Below are positions 1 through 31,180 of a stretch of DNA of 64,000 bases, piece by piece. This stretch comes from the human T2T-CHM13v2.0 reference genome, Homo sapiens, in the NCBI RefSeq assembly GCF_009914755.1, contig NC_060929.1, one strand, 5' to 3'. The position numbers and the translations under genes were made by a program. Numbering within the stretch: position 1 is the stretch's first letter; each line of letters opens with the position of its first letter. A model generated the notes under the pieces. It saw only the letters and a program-made list of their open reading frames with translations. It ran no database searches and had not been told where the DNA came from.

Positions 1-844
1 TCTAGTAGCCTGGAGGCAAGAGGCAGAAACAGAGAAAACGAACCTTGTCTTATCTTCTTGTGGAAATTAGAGTAGGAGGGACAAAATGACCAGAGGCAAA
101 GGAACTGGAGGTAGTAGTGAGAATGGAGGGAAAATGACTCTATTTGTCCAAGAGCAGTTTAGAAACATACTGTCTGGAGCGTCCCTTGTTCTGTTCCCCA
201 CACTTCTGTGCTTCATGCCTCCACCTGGACTCAAAGGTAAGAAAATCAGCTAATCCTCTTTGTATACTGGGACTCAGGCTTAAAGGAGAGAAGGTAGTAG
301 AAGCCACAGTTCGTGTTAAAAGGAGGCTCAGCAACAGATCCAGGGCAAGGCAGGGGTGCCCCTGAGATGTTGCTCTAATCTGGGAATGCCAGGAAGGGTA
401 GGGGCAAATCCTGACTTTGTGTGGCCACCGAGGAGGAGGATGCTGCTCTGAGGGTTTGAGGAGCTGTCATCTGTGATGTGTGGCAACTCACGGCCTGAAA
501 AATTAATTGGGCTGCTCCAGACAGGAAATAAAATGAAAATTCTGTCCAAGCAGGTGTCCTACTAACTCAGCAGGAAGCTGGGAACTGATTTGCATGTTCC
601 AACATCCTCTTCTCTCTCCCTTCTCTGTAGTCACAGCTGGTTTTACGCTGCTCTCCAGGGAGGGGCATCAGAGATGTACAGTCTTACAGAGCTGGGAAAG
701 AGGCTTCCTTGGGAGAGAAGTCCAGGAAAAGAGAATGGAAATGGTTGTACCATTACAACTCTAACTTCACTTCCTCTCTGTCCCTGCAGGCTCAGTAGAA
801 GGAAAAAGAAATAAACTAACACTTGTGAAAGGGCTACTTCATGT

Positions 845-1170
<326 letters not shown>

Positions 1171-1954
1171 CTAAAGACTTTCACATTAATCTTCCCAACA
1201 ACTCTGCAAGCCCAAAATCATACTCATTCTTACACATAAGGAAAATGGAGTTTGGGGGAGCAGAAATATCACACAGCTAGCAAGGGGCAGGCCAGGGACC
1301 CAACACAGGGCAGTCTCACTCAAACTCTGAACTTTTTCTACTCTAGTAAGCTCAGTCATGTTTTCTGTGTGTATTAAAGATTAATTGACCCTATGGTTAG
1401 TGTAGGCACTGCACACAGTTTGTTGAGCACTGACGTGTGGGAGAGGGCTCAACTGCCCAATTCTCAGGGCACCTAGGGACACACAGACCAATGACTGAGA
1501 CTGTTATTCACCAATAATAATAACAACATCAACAATGAGATCCACCATTTCTTGAGATTTTACTAAGTGGTGAGCAACTTTTTAAGTGCTTTATATGTAT
1601 TATCTAATATATTCTCACCATAACCCTGAGAGGGAGCCAACAATTATTCTTTCAAGAATCCATGGAACATCTGAGAAAACTGATCACATGCTAGGCCTGA
1701 AAGCACATCTCATCAGAAACCAAAAAATCAATTTGTTAGCAGCCGAACATATCTGAGTCACAAGTCACATGGCACCAGAGTATATTACCAGTGGCGAATC
1801 TGTATGGGTCTGCAGCAATGTTGATTCTTGCCTCCTCAGAGGAAATAATTTGACCAAGGGGCATAAGACAGAAGGAGAGACCGAGGCAAGTTTTAGAGCA
1901 GGAGTGGAAGTTTATTACAAAACTTTAGAGCAGGAATGAAACTAAGTAAAATAG

Positions 1955-3988
<2,034 letters not shown>

Positions 3989-4516
3989 TCACATGCATGG
4001 GTTTTATATGTTGCCATACTTGTAGGGTCTTGAGTTATTTCTCCTCTGATTCTTCCCTTGGGGCCTTGGGGTGGGCTGTCCGCGTGAGCAGTGGACTGCT
4101 AGCACTTGGGAAGGGAGCATATGCAGTGTGCTTACTGGAGTCATAGCATGCTCACTTGAGGCGTTCTTCCCTTACCAGTCTAGCATCTCTAGAGCAAGGT
4201 CATATACCAGTTAAACTCCACCATTTTGCCTCTTAAACTGCATTCTTGGGCCCCCTCGCTCAACTCCTGAGATCTTACCAGAAAGCCGCTGATAGCAGTT
4301 TCAAGTGTTTTCTATATATTAGGAGACTGCCTTTCCCTGGCACTGGCTGTCACCAACTATTTGTTTAGAGAGACAGTTAACAACTGCCTAACCATCACCT
4401 GATGGTCACCTGGCATTCCTGTTGTATGAGAGCAGCCCTCTCCTGCCCTGCTTATGCCTGACTAAGCTACCTATTGTAACAAATTGACCACTTTCTCTAA
4501 TCAAAATAGAATTCAA

Positions 4517-4890
4517 GGCCAGGCACAGTGGCTCATGCCTGTAATCCCAGCTCTTTGGGAAGCTGGGGTGGGGGAATCATGAGCCCAGGAGTTTGAGACC
4601 AGCCAGGGCAACATAGTGAGACCTCATCTCTACAAAAAATAAAAAATCCTTCATCAGCTTAGGGAGATAAGATAAATAAATAAAAATAAAAATTAATTAA
4701 TTAAAAATAAAAAAATTTAGCTGGGTATGGTGGCACATGCCTGTGATCCCAGCTACTCAGGAGGCTGAGGTGGGAGGATTGCTTGAGCCCAGGAGGTCAA
4801 GACTGCAGTGAGCTGTGATCACGCCACTGCACTCTATTCTGGGTGACAGAATGACACACCATTTCAAAAAAAGCAAAAAGAAACACAACA
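4517..4890 (+). mobile_element. AluJ with expanded central linker
   Basis: AluJ-type right arm (gcttgagcccaggaggtcaag); TSD caaaatagaattcaa/caaaatagaactcaa. Confidence 0.85.
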
Positions 4891-5067
4891 AAATAGAACT
4901 CAATGACAGAAAGATAACAACAGCCCCATGCATTTGGAAACATTTCTAGAATTATGGGATAAAAAATAAATCAAAATGCAGATATTTCTAAATAAAAAAT
5001 AGCCATAGAAGACAAACTTGTATTTAAAGGGAAATGTATGGCTTTAAATGCTCATATGAGAAAAGCA

Positions 5068-7415
<2,348 letters not shown>

Positions 7416-7416
7416 T

Positions 7417-7739
7417 TTATTTTTTTTTTAGATACAGAGTTTCACTCTTGTTGCCCAGGCTGAAGTGCAGTGGCACTATCTTGGCTCACTGCAACCTCTG
7501 CCTCCTGGGTTCACTGCAACGTCTGCCTCCTGGATTCAAGCGATTCTCCTGCCTCAGCCTCCTGAGTAGCTGGGATTACAGGTGTCTGCCACCACACCCA
7601 GCTAATTTTTTGTATTTCTAGTAGAGGTGGGGTTTCACCAGGTTGGCCAGGCTGGTCTCGAACTCCTGACCTCAGGTGATCCACCCGCCTCGGCCTCCCA
7701 AAGTGCTGGAATTACAGGCGTGAGCCACTGCACCTGGCC
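7417..7739 (-). mobile_element. AluS with internal ~24-bp tandem duplication
   Basis: tcactgcaacctctgcctcctgggt repeated as tcactgcaacgtctgcctcctggat. Confidence 0.9.
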
Positions 7740-7784
7740 AGAAATAACAATTTTAGATATGAAACATCTTTGTAATAAAATAAA

Positions 7785-9354
<1,570 letters not shown>

Positions 9355-9554
9355 GCCGAGGTGCAATAGCTCACACCTGTAATTCCTCACTATGCCAGGC
9401 CAATGAGGGAGTGTTACAGTCTCCCCAGTGCACCACAATGTAGCGGTCTCTTGTTGTGAGGTATCACCTGGAGTTCTTTGTCTGATAACCAAGAGAAATA
9501 AGGAGAACGGACACAAAGGGTGAGGTTGGAGCAAAAGTTTAACAAGCAAAAGAA

Positions 9555-10253
<699 letters not shown>

Positions 10254-11186
10254 TTATAAGAAACAGATGAGGGCTTGGCATCTCATTTGCAAGTGGCACG
10301 AATTTCTGGTAGCTCCACCCCATCCTCCGAGTGCACATGTGGGCCCTTAGCTTGAGTTACTCTATATTGCTTTTTTTCCCCTTACTGTGCATGTGTCAGA
10401 GGACAGAATTTTGCATTGTGGGCAGGTGTGGGCAAGTCTCCTGTGTAGCCTTTCTTATCTATGCGGCTGGGCATGTGTGGGCAAGTCTCCTGTGTAGCCT
10501 TTCTTATCTATGTAGCTGTGGGAATGTCTTAGACAAGCGCCTCTGTGCAAGCTCTCTTATCTGTGTCTGCAGGGTGTTCTTTTGTTTTGAAGAATTCAAC
10601 CAAGGACCCACCCTAACTGCCTGCCTGACCAGCTTCTTTCTTTCTCCTCTCTCAGGAGGATCCCTTAAGGCCAGGAGTTAGAGACCAGCCTGGGCCTGGG
10701 CAATACAGTGAGACCCATCTCAAAAAAAAAAAAAAAAAAAAAAGGCCAGGCACAGTGGCTCACGCCTGTAATCTCAGCACTTTGGGAGGCCAAGGCGGGC
10801 AGATCACGAGGTCAGGAGATGGAGACCATCCTGGTTAACATGGTGAAACCCCGTCTCTACTAAAAATACAAAAAAATTAGCTGGGTGTGGTGGCGGGCGC
10901 CTGTAGTCCCAGCTACTCAGGGGGCTGAGGCAGGAGAATGGCGTGATCCCGGGAGGTGGAGAGCTTGCAGTGAGCTGAGATTGCACCACTGTACTCCGGC
11001 CTGGGTGACAGAGTGAGACTCCGTCTCAAAAAAGAAAAAAAATTAGCTGGAAGTGGTGGTGCATGCCTATAGTCCCAGTTACTCAGGAGGATCACTCGAG
11101 CCCAAGAGTTCAAGGCTGCAGTGAGCTATGATCCTGTCTCTGCACTCCAGGCTGGGTGAAAGAGCAAGACCCTGTCTCATAAGTAA

Positions 11187-11909
<723 letters not shown>

Positions 11910-12239
11910 GAAGTGCTTTGAAGAAAAATAAAGCCAGGTATGGGATAGCAAGTGCTGGAATGGTGCCTACCTTAGATGATGGTCAAGGAAGGCCTCTCAA
12001 AAGTGATACTAGAACAGAGTCTGAGTGAAGTGAGAAGATGAGCCAAGGACATATTACAAGAAAGACTTGACTGGGCAGAAGGATCAGCAGATGCAAAGAT
12101 TTTTGAGATTAGGGCATGTTTAGTGTGCTCATGGTTAATGAGCCTGGAGAAGAGGAAATGCAGGCAAGGGCCAGATCATGTGGGGGCTTTATTTTATTTT
12201 ATTAATTGCGGAAAAATACACATAACATACAATTTTATC

Positions 12240-14462
<2,223 letters not shown>

Positions 14463-14817
14463 TGTACAATTGATTTAGCCATTCTCTCATTGGTGCGTAT
14501 TTGGGTTATTTCCAACTTGGGGCTATTATGAGGAAGATTTCTTTGAACATGTCTTTTTGTAGATGTATGCACTCATTTATCTTCAGTAGTTACCTAGGAG
14601 TAGATTAATAGGTAATACAAAAGGTGTATGTTTAGCTTTAATAGAAACTGCCAGGTACCTGCCAGGTTACCTAAGTGCATGTATCAGTTTACATTCCCAC
14701 TAGCAGCTGGTGAGTATTACAGTTGCTCCATATCCTTGTCTACACTTGGTGTTGTCAGAATTTTGGCATTCTGGTTGGTATGTAATGGTATCTCAATGTG
14801 GATTTAATTTGCATTTC

Positions 14818-15775
14818 TGAAATTGCCTTTGTAAAATTATGAGAGTAAAAGAAGTCTGACATGGCTCATTCTATCTCGCTTCTAACCTGTAAACCATCTC
14901 TGCTCATTCTTGAGCATAGGCCAAGCCAACCATGGGAGGAATTATAGTTGATAGTTTAACTTGAAAGCAAGGATGATAATAGTCCTTGCCTAAAACCAGC
15001 CACCTCCTTGCTCAGGGACCAAAAACCAGCTTTGTAAAACTAATGAAAGACCACGAGATTAGGATTATGGGAGGAGGCTCAATTCTGCTAAAATGTCGGC
15101 ATAGTTTCTATAATCCCTTACTACTCAGGAGTCATGTGACCAGAGGCCACAGGATTTGTGACTTCCCCAATTGCTCCTATAGATAACATCACTATTGTAG
15201 AATCTAAGATTGATCTTTTGAGATTATTTTAGATATTTTGGCAAACAACTGATCCTGCCCAATCCTGAGACTCATGACTTAATGGGTCCTGTGACCCCAC
15301 TCAAAGGCAGACTCAGTGCAGGAGAACTGTTTTCCACACCCCAGTGATTTCATGCCCAACCAATCTGCAGCACCCATTCCCTGGCTCTCTGCCCACCAAA
15401 TTGTCCATCAAAACCATCATCTCTGAGTTCTTAGAGAGATTTCAGTTCTCCTGTGCGGCCTTGCATCAATTAAACTTTTTTGTTGTTGAGACAGGATTTT
15501 GCTCTGTCACCCAGGCTGGAGTGCAGTGGCACAATCTCAGCTTACTGCAGCCTCAACTTCCTGGGCCCAAGTGATCCTCCCACCTCAGCCTCCTGAGTAG
15601 CGGGGACCACAAGCACTCACCACTTTCCTAGCTTTTTATTATTTATTTATTTTGGTAGAGATAGGGTCTCCCTCTGTTGCTCGGGCTGGAAACTCTTTCT
15701 TTGCTGCTATACCACAGTTTCAGTGAACTGGTTTTGTCTGTGCAGTGGGAAGGAAGAACTTGTTGAGTGATTACA
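14818..15775 (+). mobile_element. LTR8-family ERV1 solo LTR inside an L1M (minus, ~14463-15810), with an AluJ fragment
   Basis: tgaaattgcctttgtaaaattatg...gattaca; TSD tttc 14814-14817 / 15776-15779. Confidence 0.8.
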
Positions 15776-15904
15776 TTTCCTCAAAGAATAATAATGTTGA
15801 GTACCTTCTCTCTTTTTTTTCATGAATAAAATAGGATTCATTTTTTTTAACACCTTCTCATTGGACAACTTTGAGAAGAAGGCAGATAAGATTTGTCTTA
15901 ATAG

Positions 15905-16517
<613 letters not shown>

Positions 16518-17260
16518 TGGTAGGTGTGATTCTTGATGGCACACAGGAAGAAGACTACTCTGACTACTGAGTTGAAAATAGACTATAAAGTAAGGTGGAA
16601 GAGGATGATGGCTCAGACCAGAGTGGTAATGACAAAGTGGGTGTGAAGTGGTCAGATGCAGAATATATTTTGAAGACACTGCTTACAGAACTGACAGATT
16701 CTGTGGGGACTAAGAGAAAGAAAGGGGTCAGGGGTCATCCCTAGGTATTTGACTTGAGCAAAAAGGTAAATAGAGATACTGCTTGGAGAGAATTGGGTCC
16801 TAAGCAGGTCCAGGGGATGGTGGACAAGGAATCAAGAATTCTGTTTTGGACATATCAAGTTTGAGATTCCTATTAGACATACAAGTGGAGACGTCAAGTA
16901 GGCATTAGATATCTGAGTCTGGAGCTCAGAAGACAGGGTTCAAGCTAGAGATATAAATTGAGAGTTGTCAGCATTGATAGTACTTAAAGATTAGTGCTGG
17001 AGAACATAACTTAGAAATGAGCATGGACAGAAGACAACTCCATGGGCATTCAACACTCAGAGGATGAAGCCGTCCTCACAGGGTTAACAAGAATTCTGGA
17101 CAGAAACACAGTTTAAGCATTAATCAGGCTGCACTCTGACCTTCTTCCTTGTAACTGAAAGTCACATAACACTAGATACTGACCATCTGCATCCTTGTTG
17201 TTCCTATAGATAGGATGTCTCACATTAGAATCATCAGGCTACTATTTAAGAATTGCTTAA

Positions 17261-17357
17261 GGAGGCGGAGCTTGCAGTGAGCAGAGATAGCGCCACTGCA
17301 CTCCGGCCTGGGCGAAAGAGCGAGACTCCGTCTCAAAAAAAAAAAAAAAAAAAAAAA
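17261..17357 (+). mobile_element. 5'-truncated AluY (Yk-type)
   Basis: gagatagcgcc, ctccggcctgggcgaaagagcg; TSD aagaattgctt. Confidence 0.8.
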
Positions 17358-17550
17358 GAATTGCTTCAGTAGATCCTGAATTCCAGCAGAACAGCTGATA
17401 CTAACTGGTTTAAAGACCCCGCAGAGGAATCAAATCGGCATCAAAATTGTTTCTTCATCTCCCTGTCCCATAACTTCACCCTGCACTCTTCGACCAATCC
17501 ACAGTCTCCATACTTTGGCCCACTCCAAAACCTTTAAAAACCCTCGCCCC

Positions 17551-17987
<437 letters not shown>

Positions 17988-20189
17988 TCAACAGAGCTAT
18001 GAAGTTATAACGACATGAAGACAGGGGAAGGAGCTGCTAGGAAAACAGGAGGAAAACCAAGGGAATGTTGGTGCCCAGGAAGCCAAGTGAAGAGTGTGTT
18101 TCAAGAGGAAGGGTATGTATGATAAACTAGGTCAAATGTTGCTTAGACCTTGAATAAATGACAGCTGAAAATTGAATAGATTTGGCAAGAGGCTTCAAGT
18201 TGCTTCTTATTCAAGAGAGGAGCTAAGAAAAGTGAGGAAGAAAAGGGACCACCTGTATTGCTCTGGGAAAAAGCCAGAATATAATCCTTAACCAGGCTGA
18301 GGGTGAGGGTGGGGGATATTTAGAGAAAGAAGATGAAATGCTCCAGATTGTCCACATCAAATGCCTGTGTCTCAAGCCATCAGCCCAAACAAGGCAATTA
18401 CTGAATCTTCTGGCTAGAAGGATCATCACTGAACAAAAGAATCCCTCGTCTTCCAGGGAACTACAGCCAAACTAACCACAGGTCTTAAAAATCCTATCCT
18501 TTAGTCTCCACCATTTATTATCTCCAAAACTTATTAGGTCCCTGGTGGGGAGGGGAGGATCTTGCAAAGAGAAGGGCTTCCTGGCTGAAGGGATCATTCT
18601 GGGATTTTATTCCTTCATTCATTAGGTATTTATGGAACCCCTATTATGGTCTCAGTAGTCTACAGATACTATGAAATCAGCAGAGAGCAAATCAGACAAA
18701 ACTCCCTGCCCTCAGGGAGCTGATAGCCTCCACCGTCCCTGTACTTTCCTCTAGTCTCATTCTCTTTCTTCCACGCTCAAAGGCCCTACCTAAGGTTATC
18801 AGGCAGAATTGGACAGGTCCACCCATTACCCCCTGAGCCTTCAGAGGACATAAAAACTCTCCCTTTTAGAACAAAGTACAAAGATCAGCTCCCTTCTCAG
18901 AAGGTGAATTTTCCTCAGGGCCAAACTCACATCTGGAGTGCAATTAGTTTGGATGTCACCGCAGTTACCATGTTGGCTCCAGACAAAGCCCAGTCACAAT
19001 TGAGGACAGGATTTTAAATCACAACTTTCCAGAGTCTCATTAGGTAATTGATGCTGATCACATTGCTTAACGGGGACCCATAAAATGCTTGCTATTTATA
19101 TTACAATGGGTAGAGAAAAGGCTCAACTAACCAGATAACTAACAGATGATATGAGGGACTAGACCAAGGGGTATAAAGAGGAACGGAGACCTGGTGAAGT
19201 TTGCCTGTCTCTGTGTTTTAACTTTTTGTTGGTGAAAATTATTTGACCAGATTCAGAAGAGACTGTGCCCTGGTCTTCACAAAGCCCAAAGCCGCTCTTC
19301 CCAAGAGCAAGAGACTGAGATAAGAATTGTCATTTAATAGGATTTTCTACAGCTGGCTAAATCGTTTGCTAAGTGAGCAATTTCAATCATCCTTTCTCTA
19401 TCCGCTAGGAGGGAGTTAAGCTCATTTCTCTTCTATCCTGTACCCCCACCTCTCATAGCCTCACTCCCTCACCAGTTATTAGCTGGAAAGATGGTCTGGT
19501 TGAGGTACAGAAGGCACAGATTGTAGCAAAACACTTTGGGCCAAGCTGAGTTCGCCACATCATGAGGCTGTAAGAGTCAACCCCATTCCCCACCCTGCAC
19601 ACCCCACAGCACCCTTAGGGACCCATGAACACCCTCTATATGCCAGTCTCTCCAGAACAGAGGTCCCAGGGCAGGCCAATTCCCCTGATACTCACCAAGA
19701 AGGGTTGTAACACTTCCCACTGCAGAAAAGGGGTGGGAATGAGATTCATTTATTTCCATTATTGAGACTTTTCTTGGGGCTTTTATTTTATTGGGGCTTT
19801 TCAACAGGGAGCTTTCATTAAATCCCATAAACCAAGGCATATAAGGCATCCTCATAACCACCAGGTATTTGGAAGAGATCCTGGGGAGAAGAGGAAGATG
19901 ATATGGGGAGGTAAAAAGCCAGGCCATCTACCAACATATGGGCTGAAATTGTGGTTAATAGAGTATGTACCTGTTGAGTTAGAATTCATTTTTCCTGAGA
20001 TTCTGCCTCTTGATTGGCCTGGGACCTCCCCACCCCTGGATTCACTTCGGCTTGCTCCATATGGATGCCTATTCTTCCTTTCTCCTCTTCCTCCTCTTCT
20101 CTTCTCTCTGTCCCCTCTTATATGCTTTTCTTTTCTCCATTTGCACTGGAATGGAGAGATGGTATGGTGTCTTGGCTAAAGGCAAGGGC

Positions 20190-22975
<2,786 letters not shown>

Positions 22976-23069
22976 AAACAGGCAACCCACAAAGTAACAG
23001 AAAATTCTATATGAAATTGTTACCACTAAGACGTCTAATAGTTATATTTAAAAATAATAATAACAATAG

Positions 23070-23690
<621 letters not shown>

Positions 23691-23719
23691 AATAGCTTTT
23701 TAAAACAAAACAAAAAAGT

Positions 23720-23895
23720 GAGGGCTTTGCTGTCAAATCTCATTTCTGCCACCTGCTGACTATGTAACCTTGGACAAGTTACTTAACCTCACTGAGCTCA
23801 GTTTTCTCATCTGTAAAATATGTATTAGGTCATTTTGAGGATTAAATACATGAATATGTAAAGTCATCTGGCACATAGTAGGTGCTCAGTAAATG
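23720..23895 (+). mobile_element. MIR
   Basis: gtaaccttggacaagttacttaacctcactgagctcagttttctcatctgtaaaat core. Confidence 0.85.
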
Positions 23896-25099
23896 AAAAC
23901 TATAAAGAAGAGCCAAGGAATGCCAACAATTAAAGGAGTGAGGAAGAAAAAACAATATTTGTGGGCCAATGCTATATCCATACATTTATGCCTAACATTT
24001 GGCTGTGTTCTAAGGACATAAGGAAGACCCTGACTAAGAAGCTGGAAGGCTGAGGTATAAGGCATTTCTGGAATAAAAATCCCCATAAATAAGCTAAGGG
24101 CCAAAACAGAGTCATGGGCAGGTTGTTCAGAAGCAGAGAGAAAGGCTTTGAAAGGGGAGGAGACTTTAAGAGTCAGCCAGGTGGAAAAGGGCAGAGTAGA
24201 CCCTTGTCCCCTCCCCTACTATGGGTAACCAGAAGGATATGAAACAGCCCTCTCTGGAGAAAACTGGATAGAGTTTACTCAGGACAGGCAGAGGCAGAAA
24301 TCAGAAGAGAAATTGTAGGTTGATTTTTCATGGCCAGGATGGGGAATGAAGCTGGCACAGGAGGTAGAAGATAAGGCCTGCCTCCCTGGCCTTGCAATAG
24401 GTGAACTGAGCCCTAGGAATTCCTGCCCTCTCCCCTGGACTAGCTCCCCTTGGCCCCTAAGCTCTGGATCTCCCTCTGCCTCCCACCAGTCCTCTTTTGG
24501 GGAACAGAACCCGATGCTCTGTGGGCCGAGCATGATGGCTCCAGCACTCCTCCCTCTAGTGACTCATTCCCAAGACTGGGGGTGGCAGGAAGTGCCAGGG
24601 CCCCAGAGTTGCAGCCCCATCCGGATTCTGGCAGCTTAGAGACATCCTATATTCTTCCTTCCTCCCCCCACCCCCGCCACCTCCCTCACTTTCAGCTCTG
24701 ACTCTTGACATTTCTACATAAGAGACACCCACCTCCCCCAATCTCTTCTTGCCTTTCTATTGCCTCCTACAGTACCTAAACTGCAGCCCCTAGGGGCTGC
24801 TGGGTTAAAGCAGCCTGATCCCAAGGGGGAATGGACACAACCCACATCTAAGGGCCCTTTCCTAGGAAAGGTGACCAGGCAAGTTCTGTACCCTCATGGC
24901 CAGATCTTTGACCGGCAAGGCACATGATCTAGAAAGCATTCTGATTGACGCTTAAAACAACAAAATGGTTTTGCTCCATGCTAAGGTCTTCACAAGTCTG
25001 TCTCATTTATTCCTTACAACAACTCTAATACAGATACCATTATCACCGGCATCTGGCAAATAAGAAAAGTGAGAGGAAATGTGAAAAGTAGAAGAGCTC

Positions 25100-25431
<332 letters not shown>

Positions 25432-26483
25432 TCACATCCTGGGCCTTTAACTGCCAGGCTCCTCTTCCTGTCTTGGGAACAGAGGGCAGTGTAGGCCTCT
25501 TTGAGCACAGCCCCCTGAGTAATCTAGGGCAGCACATGCAATCTTGAGGCCCTTGGCACAGCTGCTCTGGGGTCTGGCTTCAACTCTAGCCTCCCTTCTA
25601 GTTCTCCGTCCCTTTCTATACCTGCCCCACTCTCCGGGGTGGAAATGTGGAGGGCTACTCAGAGGATTCTCAGCCCCATCAACAGCTTATCTTCCTATTC
25701 AACTATTAGGACAAACAGACATCAATGTGATTCCAGGGTTCCCAGGGACTACCTAGAAAGAGGGAAATCAGATAGTAATGCTTATAGGTGCAGGCAGGCA
25801 AAAGGAGGCTATAGATACCCAAGCATGGGGTTAGCTGAGGCTTGCAGGCAGAGCAGACATCTGTCAAATCAAAGAGGCATAGAGACAGCCCACATGACAA
25901 TAGAAATAATGATACCCTTGAATTATGTAGCACTTTATAATTTCTCAAGCACTTTGCAAACATTTGATCCTCCAGATGACCTCCTAGGGCCCAAGGAAGC
26001 AGAAAGCATCTTTTATAAGCTGTCACCACCTGTCAAGTTGTCCCCCAAGATGGGGAAAGGCAGGAGCCAGGCAAGGCAGTGAGTGAGTTAACCAAACCCA
26101 AGCCACAGTGAGTAATTGATAGTTTTTATGGAGACTTTATCCTCAGACTCCTTAGATATCATATTTCTGTTAGATTATATTTACATAACAGTGCAGGGTG
26201 AGAGACCCTGATAAATCTTCTCAGAGGCATGGGGATGAATACTGTGGAAATGTACTTTTGTTGATAGCGATTTGTTTTACTACACTACTGCCCTTCAATC
26301 TAGGGAGGAAAGAGCAAGGCTATTGCTTTATGGAGGGAGGGAAGGAGGGAAAGGAGAAGGGGAGGTATATAAAGATCAGAGATCTGGAACAAGAGGAATG
26401 AATGAGAGGGGAAGAGACAGGGCTCCGAAAGGGAAAGCTTTAGGCAAGGGGGGCAGAAGGAAAGGACAGGAAAAAGGAAAGCT

Positions 26484-26790
<307 letters not shown>

Positions 26791-27235
26791 AAAAGAAAGA
26801 AGAAAGGAAAACTCAGTAGCCAAGGGTGAAAGAAATGGATGATTCTGCAGGAAATGTGGCTTGCTGCTGGGGAATAGCCCTTGGCTGCAAGAATGAGCAA
26901 GATTCAGATGTCTTTTTGGCGGGTGCCAAGCTCTTCTTGTCTTTGTAGTTGGTCAAGAGAGATTGGGAGAATAAGGAGAGTCACAGGGCACAGGGGTCCT
27001 TTTAAGCCCACTTTTGAGGTGGGATCAAAAGCCTCTCTGGATCTCTTCCAGCCACATCCCACCATTCTCCATCAACCTTTATCCAGAGAGCACATGGGCT
27101 CTAGAGCCATCAGGACTGAGCTCTACCAATCCCTGGGTCTGGATCCTTCTCATCCAGAGGTTTAGGTTCTGCCACTAACTTAGCTGGATGGTTTTAATCC
27201 TCAAAACTCTCAGCCTTGGTTCTTGGTTTCTCGCT

Positions 27236-27927
<692 letters not shown>

Positions 27928-28357
27928 TTATCCAACAAATATTTACTGATTATATGCCAGAAATTGTGCTGTGGGGTTGTCTTTTCAACAGAAAACAATA
28001 TACACAATAGTCCTTTCCTTCAAAGAGCACACAGTCCAACAATGGTAACAAAACACCCTCTAAGAAATGGACCCTGCCTGCACTAGGATAATAATGATGA
28101 GAGTCGCTGTCTGCCAGGCACTGTGCTCAGCGCTTACATCCATTAAGTCCTACAATCCTCACGGTGACCTGGTGAGGAAGGTCCTGTTAACTGCTGTCGT
28201 TGCCCAGGTGAGAACACCTTAGTTGGGAGGCAGCCTCCTGGACACATCCCATCGTTTTACTGTTTCATTTTCTTCATTGTATGTGCTGCTGTCTAAAATG
28301 GGTTTATTAACTCACTTACCTGTTTATTGCCTGCTCACAATTATATCCCCAGCACCA

Positions 28358-29034
<677 letters not shown>

Positions 29035-30383
29035 ACCAAAGTCAGTTCTTAATAAATATCTGTTTAAGGAATGAAGGAATGGAAGGACGAGAAGCTCATG
29101 GGGAGCCATCGCCGCCCTGCCTCTCCCGCGGGGTGCCAGTGAGAGTGAACTGAGTGCAGATGCTGAAGCTGCTATATCGCTCTCTAGAAACAGAGGGGAC
29201 AATGATCAGCTGGCATTTATTTCAGAGAAATGCATTTTCTCCTTATTACTTTTCAGCTGTTTTCTTTTTTTTTTTAAATAACTTTCCTCAGACATTCTGC
29301 CCCTTCCTGCCCCGATTCATTCTGCATCCTCTAATAGTGTTATCCTCAGTTTTTCTAGCTCTCTGTTGTCCTTTTGGCTTTCCTGCTTCTTTGTTTCTCT
29401 TTCCCATGCCTCTCTGGAGGGAAGCTCACCCAGCTGAATTGTAACTGGTGATTTCCAAGGCCAAGAGGAAGTTCATTTTCACGCCAAAGTCTTCTGCCGG
29501 CAGAGGGCACTTTTCTCCATCTGTAAAATGGGCGGAGTATTTTGCAGGGTTTTTTGAATCAGTGCTGGTGAGTCTGTGGGAGAGGGGCCTCAGGACCACA
29601 GCACTCACATTTCCCCTGTAGCCAGAGGCTTGCCAAAGCCTTGGCCACAGGAGCCCCATACCCCAACAGAACAATTTCCTCTCCCTCTGTAGGTGCTATT
29701 TAGTGTTACAGTAATACTAGTTTGAGGATAAAAGGCCTCAGCATTTTGAGAACTCCTCAATCCACTGCATGGCAGGGTCTGCTGGGGGTATAACCAGCAA
29801 GACCATGAGTTAAGTGCAGGAGGGGCTTGTCACATAGGACCAGCAGTGTGTCGGGGTAGATGGAAATGTAGGTCTTGAAATTCAGACAGCTCTGAGTTTG
29901 ACCTGGCTCAGCCACCTCCTCCGAGCCTCACAGAAGGATGGTTGCTGTTAAAGTGGGCACAGAAACACCTCTGGGCTTTTGAGAATGCTGTACTTTCTGC
30001 CTAACAGTCCCTTTCTCTCTTCTCTGTTTAGCTAACACTAAGTCTCCTCTTTGGTACTTTGCCCAAATCAGGCATTCCTCCCAGCACCCTCAGAATCCCT
30101 ATGCTGAACCAGCTGTAGAACTTAGCCCGTCATGTTGGAATTATTTCTTGCAGGAATGTCCAACCCACCCAACTCAGCACCTCAAAGTCAAGAAATGAGT
30201 TTTCTCTTCCTTATAAGCCCTGAGCCAAGCCACATACTGAGCATAAAAGAATAATGTTCAAACCCAGAGATTTTCATTTCCTCCTCTTGAAACGCTGCTC
30301 CTTGCTCTATTGTACTAAGCACCCACTATGCATCAGGCACCCTAAATGTGTTGTCTTATTTAATCTTCATAATGGCCCTTTAG

Positions 30384-31180
<797 letters not shown>

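Noticed and set aside
10420-10525. ~50-bp tandem duplication (tgtgggcaagtctcctgtgtagcctttcttatctatg)
   Set aside because: Lies within the MER83/84-like LTR, a family that from recall carries such internal repeats; not treated as novel
25639-26082. 147-aa ORF in semi-unique DNA
   Set aside because: No recognisable motif or splice context; non-ATG start
29095-29150. Small CpG cluster next to the AluYb8
   Set aside because: Too short for a CpG island and lacks promoter or exon features
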